Source: Fibrobacteria bacterium (GTDB taxonomy: Bacteria > Fibrobacterota > Fibrobacteria > UBA11236 > JADFYW01). Taken from it: a stretch of DNA of 64,000 bases. Below, piece after piece: positions 57,378-64,000 of the stretch; the stretch's first letter is position 1, and each line of letters starts with the position of its first letter. Where the stretch lies: positions 32,001-96,000 of the forward strand of contig JBNKOC010000012.1 of NCBI GenBank assembly GCA_050294405.1. Reading direction: 5' to 3'. A model generated the notes under the pieces. That model saw only the letters and a program-made list of their open reading frames with translations. It made no database searches and was not told the DNA's origin. The position numbers and the translations under genes are program-made.

Positions 57378-58514
57378 GTGAACCACTCTGGAAATTTCTT
57401 TAAAACCGGGCTAATTGCAATTCTTTGCAGCCTGTGGGCTGTAGCAAATCCTCCGGATTTCCAAAATATGAAATGGGCCCTGGCCTATAATGTGGCCAAT
57501 GTGGAATCAAAAGCCAGCGCCAGGCTAATTCAGGAATTTTATAAAATTCCCAACAGCCATATGATCCCACTAAGCTGCCCTTCTTCTCGCTTTATCGACC
57601 GAGACGAATACAATTCTCAAATTGAAGAGCCCCTTCGGGGAAAACTAGAAGAGTTGGTGGATGTAAAATATCTGATATTGGCCAAAGGCCTTCCCCTGCA
57701 AATTACGGGAGAAAATAACATGGCTTTAAGCAAGCCCCAGCTTTTTTATCAACAGGATGGGGCAAGTTTAGAAAGCGAGCTTTTAGATATTTTTTCTCCA
57801 CTGGGGTTAAAGTCTGGATGGCGGGAACGATTCGGCAAAAAAAGTGAAATCAAATCAAGAGGCCTTTTCGTATCCCGACTAGATGGCAAGGATGTTATTG
57901 ATATCCAAATGAAGCTGGAAAACCAAAAAAATGAAAAGGCCATTCCATTTAAAAAGTTTGTGTTTGTGCTGGATAGCGTTTTGGAAAAAGACTCCAAATT
58001 AGAGCCTATTATCTATTCTGCAAAACAGGCGATTTCTTTTTTGGATTCCCTCCAACTGGATTTTAAAGTGGGTTACCAATATTTTGGGAAAAACTATTCT
58101 CCTGAGGAACTGGAAAAAGACAGCGCTACCATTGTTTGGTTTCTGACGAAGCGATGTATCAACCAATGGCCGGATAACTGGAAAAATTTTAGCATATATC
58201 AATTTGCCCATAGTGGCCAAATAGAATACCCGGCCTGCTTTTCTCAAATTGCAAACTCTTCCAAACAGACTGGAAACTGGGTTGGGCTGCTAGGTCCCTC
58301 ACCTGCTTCGGTTTTTCCTTTGCCACATGAGTTTTTGGCCTACTTGCTAAGCGGCAATTACCCTTTGGGGGATATTTGGAATGAAATTCTGTATTTTTCT
58401 TCCTGGCAGTTAAACCTTTCTTTTAACCCTGTTTGGAATCCCTTTGAGAAAACAAAATTACTGGAGTTGGATCAAATGGAAAAATTGCTGGAATTGGGAA
58501 GGGTTCCTCAATAA
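57378..58514 (+). CDS. Exported protein resembling the TIGR03790 family N-terminus
   Basis: Signal peptide; YN....S......Y.IP, KGLPL, SLESEL and VSRLDG motifs. Confidence 0.55.
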   Translation: MNHSGNFFKTGLIAILCSLWAVANPPDFQNMKWALAYNVANVESKASARLIQEFYKIPNSHMIPLSCPSSRFIDRDEYNSQIEEPLRGKLEELVDVKYLILAKGLPLQITGENNMALSKPQLFYQQDGASLESELLDIFSPLGLKSGWRERFGKKSEIKSRGLFVSRLDGKDVIDIQMKLENQKNEKAIPFKKFVFVLDSVLEKDSKLEPIIYSAKQAISFLDSLQLDFKVGYQYFGKNYSPEELEKDSATIVWFLTKRCINQWPDNWKNFSIYQFAHSGQIEYPACFSQIANSSKQTGNWVGLLGPSPASVFPLPHEFLAYLLSGNYPLGDIWNEILYFSSWQLNLSFNPVWNPFEKTKLLELDQMEKLLELGRVPQ

Positions 58515-58517
58515 CAT

Positions 58518-59258
58518 ATGGGTTTAATACACAGCGAGCTTCTCCGAGTTTTTGAGGACCGGCACATGGAAGACCAGGCGGATTGGGAAGTCCGGTTAAA
58601 AGATATTTCTGGGACGGAAGTGTTTCAAAAAATTAAGACAGCCCAAAAGCGTTTTAGCGAATACAAAAGTACGGCTCTTTTAAAAAAGATGTATTCCCTG
58701 ATTTTGGGTAGCGGCGGTATTTATGAAGTGAATATCCCACGGAGAAACAGGCTTGAAACAATAGCTCAGTTACTGGATGAATATATACCACCTTCCCAAA
58801 GCGTTTTGGACTGGGGAGCTGGTTCAGGGCTTTTGTCTTTGGCAATTCAAAGGAAATTGAATCCAGAAAACTATTGGGTTTGGGATATCTGCCCGGATTT
58901 TCAATACCATTTGGAATCTTTGGGCTTTAAATGGGACGAAGGTGGACAGGGACTGGACTTGGTACTGTGCCTGGATTCCCTGGGTGAGTGCAATAGCGAT
59001 GAAGACCAAAGCCTTAAAAATGCATTAATGGAAAAAAGGCCAGAAGGGGGAGAGTTAATAGAATCCCATTATGGTTTTTTGGAAAAAATAACCCCCTTGC
59101 TGGAGCGGCTATTGCCAAATGGTCAATTGTTCCTGATAGAACCCATATACATGGATGTGTTTTGGGAAAGTTTACGCAACTTTTTGAGTATTCGTGGCTT
59201 GAATGCCCATTTCATAAGAGATTCGGACGGCCTCAAAGGAATTTTTTTAATTAAATAA
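58518..59258 (+). CDS. Class I SAM-dependent methyltransferase
   Basis: VLDWGAGSG, DLVLC and LLPNG motifs. Confidence 0.75.
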   Translation: MGLIHSELLRVFEDRHMEDQADWEVRLKDISGTEVFQKIKTAQKRFSEYKSTALLKKMYSLILGSGGIYEVNIPRRNRLETIAQLLDEYIPPSQSVLDWGAGSGLLSLAIQRKLNPENYWVWDICPDFQYHLESLGFKWDEGGQGLDLVLCLDSLGECNSDEDQSLKNALMEKRPEGGELIESHYGFLEKITPLLERLLPNGQLFLIEPIYMDVFWESLRNFLSIRGLNAHFIRDSDGLKGIFLIK

Positions 59259-59321
59259 GAATAATGTTTCCAACCAACATTTCAAAAATTAGATTTTGAT
59301 ATGTAATATGGAGGAAACACT

Positions 59322-59564
59322 ATGGCTGTAGCAACTAAAGCACCCAAAGCGCCAAAAGCCCCCAAGGGCGTAAAATCAAGCTTTCCAACCCGTTATGTAA
59401 ATAAATGGGTTCGTGAGCACGAGGTTTGGAATCATGACGACTGGTTATTTTTGCTTTCAAAATTGGCTGAAACCGGTTACGCCGACTGGACTAAAAAAGA
59501 TCAAAATAAAGATGTGCTTGGGGCTTACCTGGAATCCTATCGCGATTATTTACAGTCAAAATAA
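59322..59564 (+). CDS. Small hypothetical protein with N-terminal KAP repeats
   Basis: GGAGG RBS; KAPKAPKAPK followed by a Trp-rich helical domain. Confidence 0.8.
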   Translation: MAVATKAPKAPKAPKGVKSSFPTRYVNKWVREHEVWNHDDWLFLLSKLAETGYADWTKKDQNKDVLGAYLESYRDYLQSK

Positions 59565-59610
59565 GTTAACCTCAAAAAAATGAGACAAGAGGTTCCGGTC
59601 TGGGAGCTCG

Positions 59611-61269
59611 TTATTCCCGATTGTAGTATTCCGCTAATATAGGGCGGGAGACTAAATTTATTTGAATTTCCCCCAGGCCCTCAAATAACATGGGGCTCCA
59701 CAATAGGCTGGCTTGCACTACTTCCTGCGAAAGGTATTTCATGGGTTGTGTTGGCTGGAAATTGCCCAAATGGGAAAACAAGCTGTCGCTGTTTTTGCCA
59801 TTTGCGGCCATACAAAACGCCCACTCTCCAAAACTAGGCATAGAAATATGCAGGGGTACAGCCCCTGTTGGAAAGGCTTTGTTCATGGTTTTGTAAATGG
59901 ATAAAAAGGCCTTACGGCTAAAAAAAGGAGAAGTGGATTGGGTTACTAAAATTCCCCCTTCTTTTAAGCGTTGTTTAGCCAGCGAGTACATTTCCAAAGA
60001 GTACAGTTTAGCCACGTTGTCGTGATGGGGATCGGGAAAATCAAAGATTATCAAATCGTATTTTTCTTTTCCTTCCTTTATAAAATTGAAGGCGTCCTGG
60101 TTATAAATAATAAGTCTGGAATCATAAAGTGAAGAATCATTCAATTCACAAAGAAGAGGGTTGTGTTTGAATAACTGGGTCATTTCAGGATCCAGTTCCA
60201 CCAAATCTATTTTTTTTATTGTGGGGTATTTAACGAGTTCTCTTAAGGCAAGCCCATCTCCAGCCCCTGCGATTAAAATTTTTTCGGCATGGGGCAATAA
60301 ATACATAGCCGGGTGAACAAGTAACTCGTGATAATAGTATTCATCCAGAGTGGAAAATTGGAGGCCGCCATTAATAAAAAGCCTAATATCTTTTTGTTTG
60401 AAACTGGATTTGTACTTTTTTAATTGGATTTTATTTCCGTCTTTCAAAGTTTCGTTCCATAAAATTTTTCCGGGGTTGCGTTTTTCGTCCCAATCCGAAA
60501 TACTTTGAGGGTTTCTGGAACCCTTGCTGAGAACCAGGTTTTGATACTCCGTTTGTTTTTGAAAAATAATTGGGTCACGGTAATGTAATTTGTTGGCGTA
60601 CTTTAAAAGTTTGGGTTGGAAGTAAATTAACCCAAGCAGCAAAACCAGGGAACTAAACAAGCATCCCAATAAAAATCCTTTGTGTTCTTTTTTTCCAAAC
60701 CACAAAACTATGGCCGCTACAAAAGCCACCAGCCAGTTTGCTCCCCCTCCGAATAAGGCGGAGCCATAAATTCCCCAGTGGGATAGCATAAAATGGGAGA
60801 AAAACATAAAAGCCAAAAGAGAACCCAAATAATCCGCAAATAATACGGTGGCGCTGTTGTCTTTTAATGGAGACTTTAAAGAATCATTTATGATTAATAT
60901 GAGGGGGATTTCAAACCCGATTAAGTACCCAATTGCTGCGGAAAAGCTGAGCACCCAGAATAAGGTAAGTCCTGGGAAAAGCCCACTTAAATAGAAAATC
61001 AAGCTAACGGAAAAGGCCACCAAAACCGAAAGTAGCGATTCAATTAACATAAACCCTGTGGGCTTAAGCCATTTTTCCGGGAAAAATTTTATGGAGAAAG
61101 AGCCTAACCCCATGCAAAACATCATTACACCCATAGTGTAGCTTAAAACAATATTCATTCCTCCCAACAGGGAGTTTGCAATATTAAATAGGCTGAGTTC
61201 GGCTACAATTCCCGAAAAGCCCGACATGAGCAGGGAAAATAAAAGCAGACTTTTTTGCAGGGAAACCAT
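59611..61269 (-). CDS. speE: Membrane-anchored polyamine aminopropyltransferase (spermidine synthase-like)
   Basis: Multi-TM N-terminus (GFEIPL, DYLGSL); TEYQ, LQFS..DE..YHE, GAGDG, VELD, DFPDP, LYS and PSFGEW motifs. Confidence 0.9.
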   Translation of the reverse strand: MVSLQKSLLLFSLLMSGFSGIVAELSLFNIANSLLGGMNIVLSYTMGVMMFCMGLGSFSIKFFPEKWLKPTGFMLIESLLSVLVAFSVSLIFYLSGLFPGLTLFWVLSFSAAIGYLIGFEIPLILIINDSLKSPLKDNSATVLFADYLGSLLAFMFFSHFMLSHWGIYGSALFGGGANWLVAFVAAIVLWFGKKEHKGFLLGCLFSSLVLLLGLIYFQPKLLKYANKLHYRDPIIFQKQTEYQNLVLSKGSRNPQSISDWDEKRNPGKILWNETLKDGNKIQLKKYKSSFKQKDIRLFINGGLQFSTLDEYYYHELLVHPAMYLLPHAEKILIAGAGDGLALRELVKYPTIKKIDLVELDPEMTQLFKHNPLLCELNDSSLYDSRLIIYNQDAFNFIKEGKEKYDLIIFDFPDPHHDNVAKLYSLEMYSLAKQRLKEGGILVTQSTSPFFSRKAFLSIYKTMNKAFPTGAVPLHISMPSFGEWAFCMAANGKNSDSLFSHLGNFQPTQPMKYLSQEVVQASLLWSPMLFEGLGEIQINLVSRPILAEYYNRE

Positions 61270-61303
61270 GTGTTTAGATGGTGATGCTTCCCAGTGAGGA
61301 AGA

Positions 61304-62182
61304 TTAAAAATTAAGAACTATCACAGTGGACATAACCAGATAAGCAACGGACATTATAACTCCGGCTCCCAGGTTTCTATCTTTGTAAATCTCCTGCAGC
61401 AAAGAGGATTTGGGAAATAATATGCGGGCGCCCAGAGTTCGAACCATCATTAATAAAACAATCCCGCCAAAATACCATATGATAAAATTGACCAGCAGTA
61501 CATCATATCCTAAAAAATCTCCCCACATGGCATTGAGAGCTAACAACCCCAGGGAAAGCAAAAAACCGGCACACACCATTCCCACCGCGCGATTGCCTTC
61601 CTGCACTGCTTTTATATCATCATAAGGAGTCACTTTGAGGTAAATTAAAAAACCAATGTAACATCCAATTTCCCCCAGAATGAAATAAACAAAGGAATGG
61701 AACCAGGCCCCTTCTCCATGAATGGCCGAAAGAAGGCACAATCCGGAAAACCCAAATCGACCCGCTGCCACTAAGGCTGTGGCGCTATTTCCAGCCACCA
61801 GGGATTCCATGAGTTTTACCTGTTTTAAATAGACCCTATCGGTAAGCACATAAGAAACTCCCAGGCATACAATTCCAGTTATTCCGTACTGAAATAATTC
61901 AATTAAACTTGAAACAAAACCTCGTCCTTCTCCTAAAAATACTCCCACAAAACTAAGGCCCACTGCCGCATAATAGCCTGCGGTATAAATTCCAAAGGCC
62001 TGGTTATCTTTTTGGGTAATTTCCGCATCGTCGTCAATGCCTTGAGTGGTAATATCCCTGGCCAGCTTGGCGATAAAAAGAAGGATTAGTGCACAGAGAA
62101 AAAAGGCCAGGTTTTTGGGGAACTGGGACAGGTCATTTTCTTTTAAATTCCAGAGGTATAGTTTAAACATTTCCATATTCAT
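61304..62182 (-). CDS. DUF350 (YjfL-like) membrane protein, duplicated domain
   Basis: Repeated EITQKDNQAFG / LVAGNSATA / VQEGNRAVG / EIYKDRNLGAG segments between TM helices; KVTPYD. Confidence 0.82.
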   Translation of the reverse strand: MNMEMFKLYLWNLKENDLSQFPKNLAFFLCALILLFIAKLARDITTQGIDDDAEITQKDNQAFGIYTAGYYAAVGLSFVGVFLGEGRGFVSSLIELFQYGITGIVCLGVSYVLTDRVYLKQVKLMESLVAGNSATALVAAGRFGFSGLCLLSAIHGEGAWFHSFVYFILGEIGCYIGFLIYLKVTPYDDIKAVQEGNRAVGMVCAGFLLSLGLLALNAMWGDFLGYDVLLVNFIIWYFGGIVLLMMVRTLGARILFPKSSLLQEIYKDRNLGAGVIMSVAYLVMSTVIVLNF

Positions 62183-63198
62183 TTTCCAAACCCCCTGCTT
62201 CCCCCACCTCCAAAACTCATGGAGCGTGAACGGCCAAAACCTCCAAAACGGCTGCCGGACCTATTGCTGTTATTGGATACGGCAGATTTTTTCTTTCCGG
62301 CTCCAAAACCTCCCTGGCGCATGGCGTTTTGTTCTTTGCGGTAAGACATAGCCCTTTTAGACTTCATGCTTTGAATAGTTCTGGGGTTAGACTTGGGCTG
62401 GCTGCTGCTAATATTTTTTCCAGAAGGAGTTTTGGGCCCCCTGTTGGTGGCAGCGGCTTTTGAATATCTGCTGTTGGCCATATTTGCCGATCGCATGGAA
62501 GCTGGATAGGGACTATACCAACTGTTGTAAAACCCCCCAAAGAAGGGTCCGTATCCCCATCCGTATGGGCCAAATAAAATCATGCTAAAAAGTCTGTACT
62601 GAAAATATGTTTCTATCCAGCTGTGGCCCGAAGAGTTATAGCTTTGCTGGTAATGGGAGTTCGAATTTTCATAAACATTTTGATTGGGGCTGGAAGCAAT
62701 TAAAACTTCTTTTGCATTCGGATCAAATGTTACCGAAACTTCCACCAGTTCAAGGCTTTGTTTATTGGCGATGGCATCCCAGTCCGCGTTGCTACCTGGG
62801 TCTTGCGGGTAGCTCACCGGGTCAGGCACCCTCAGGGAGTAAACTGCGGCCTCTCCATCTACGCTTTCGGGAACCACCATTAAAGGGTCTATCACCCCAT
62901 CTTCATTTAAATCCACTCTGTAATTAATATCGGGGTCCTGCATAATTTTCTGGCTGAACTTTTGAACTACCTTTTGCTGGAATTCTTTTTTATCTGGAGT
63001 TCCATCCACCTGGATAGAAGCCAACACCTCTCTTAATACATCGGGAAGTATTTGAGGGTTGAGTTTGTCGCTCAAATCAATTTTTGCGCTGACTTCGGAC
63101 TTAGCCACACCCACAGCATAACTTTGTTTTTTTCCAAATTGCTTAAAGGCAAAGGATACAAGGAGCAAGCCTACAAAGGCACCAATAAATAATTTCAT
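62179..63198 (-). CDS. Membrane-anchored/exported protein with a DxNxDG motif and a G/R/S-rich disordered tail
   Basis: N-terminal hydrophobic anchor; DLNEDGVID; Y/G-rich segment; tail ...RQGGFG...RFGGFGRSRSMSFGGGGSRGFGK. Confidence 0.8.
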   Translation of the reverse strand: MKLFIGAFVGLLLVSFAFKQFGKKQSYAVGVAKSEVSAKIDLSDKLNPQILPDVLREVLASIQVDGTPDKKEFQQKVVQKFSQKIMQDPDINYRVDLNEDGVIDPLMVVPESVDGEAAVYSLRVPDPVSYPQDPGSNADWDAIANKQSLELVEVSVTFDPNAKEVLIASSPNQNVYENSNSHYQQSYNSSGHSWIETYFQYRLFSMILFGPYGWGYGPFFGGFYNSWYSPYPASMRSANMANSRYSKAAATNRGPKTPSGKNISSSQPKSNPRTIQSMKSKRAMSYRKEQNAMRQGGFGAGKKKSAVSNNSNRSGSRFGGFGRSRSMSFGGGGSRGFGK

Positions 63199-63221
63199 TT
63201 AAATTTCTAACCCTCCCAATC

Positions 63222-64000
63222 CTAAAACAACATCCAGCAAAGGCCAATGGCTCCAGCGGTCATGGCCGCCTGCCCCAGTCCCCAATGGGGAGTGTAGGTA
63301 AAATATCCCGGCGGGTAAGGGTAGGCCACTAAATCTTCCGAATACTCTTCCACCACTTCTTTTTCATTAGTAAAGCCTCGACTCGGGGTATAGCCCTCTT
63401 GTTTATCAAAGTAGTCTTCGCTCCAACGGTTTTTGCTTTCTTCTGTTCCCTGCACAATAATATCGTCCATCACTTCTTCCCAGGAAACATCCTCATAACC
63501 CAATTCTTCAGGCCAGATGTTAGAATTAACGATGTTTTCAATTTCGTTCCAGAAAATGGATTCAAAAGCGATATCAAATTGCCACTCCCGACTGTCATCC
63601 AATCTGCCTTCGGAAAGTAGAGACAAAAATGTAATGGTGCAGGGGTTTAAAGCTGTTTTCTTTCCCTCTTTTTTAGCCAACTGGATTTTGCGAATGCAAA
63701 CAGCTACTCTCAAATCTTCCCAAATCAAATTTCCATTTTCATCTATGGCATCAAAATCGGCATCGGGCCCTGCGAATTCGCCATTGAGCAAATCCACCCC
63801 GGCGAATATATCGTAATTCACTTTGAAATCCCACCAGCGGGCTTTCCAGTTTTCCCAAATAAGCTCGCCTTTTCGGGTGGGGATATACACTTTTTTTTCA
63901 AGCTCCCACAAATCATTTTCACCATCCGCAATAATTTCTTTGAGAGCCCGGTTTGCTCCGGTCAAATCCTTGTCAATATCCGCCTTGCGCTCAATTAGCA
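63222..64000 (-). CDS. Hypothetical protein, 5'-truncated by the window edge
   Basis: The frame stays open upstream of the track's TTG (…LIERKADIDKDLTGANRALKEII…) to the edge; acidic and Trp-rich; C-terminal hydrophobic segment. Confidence 0.72.
   Translation of the reverse strand, partial: LIERKADIDKDLTGANRALKEIIADGENDLWELEKKVYIPTRKGELIWENWKARWWDFKVNYDIFAGVDLLNGEFAGPDADFDAIDENGNLIWEDLRVAVCIRKIQLAKKEGKKTALNPCTITFLSLLSEGRLDDSREWQFDIAFESIFWNEIENIVNSNIWPEELGYEDVSWEEVMDDIIVQGTEESKNRWSEDYFDKQEGYTPSRGFTNEKEVVEEYSEDLVAYPYPPGYFTYTPHWGLGQAAMTAGAIGLCWMLF

Overview
Chromosomal, mostly housekeeping window from a moderately AT-rich, flagellated diderm bacterium. Secreted proteins with Por/T9SS-like C-terminal tails occur together with a sigma28-type flagellin, which suggests Fibrobacterota or a related FCB lineage (inference only). 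I saw no rRNA, tRNA, CRISPR array, prophage or transposase. Recognisable genes include ssb, gcvH, gcvP, asd, lysA, acs, a fused glyQ-glyS, flagellin, pilD, arsS, dacB, aroA, pyrD, pyrE, htpG, pgl, a DAHP synthase, lpxH, prs and a membrane-type speE. The most unusual item is a soluble 212-aa protein (48689-49327) that appears to join a FliG C-terminal (rotor) domain to the cytoplasmic helices of MotA (stator), with the transmembrane segments missing. Other items of note are a DacB-DUF1460 double peptidoglycan-hydrolase fusion, an arsS cassette without arsM inside a housekeeping gene run, an HDOD/unknown/tandem-STAS signalling trio, a speE-DUF350-RGG-tail operon running off the right edge, two unannotated ~50-aa ORFs, and a ~128-bp long-hairpin element. 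All family assignments come from motif recognition by eye, not database searches.
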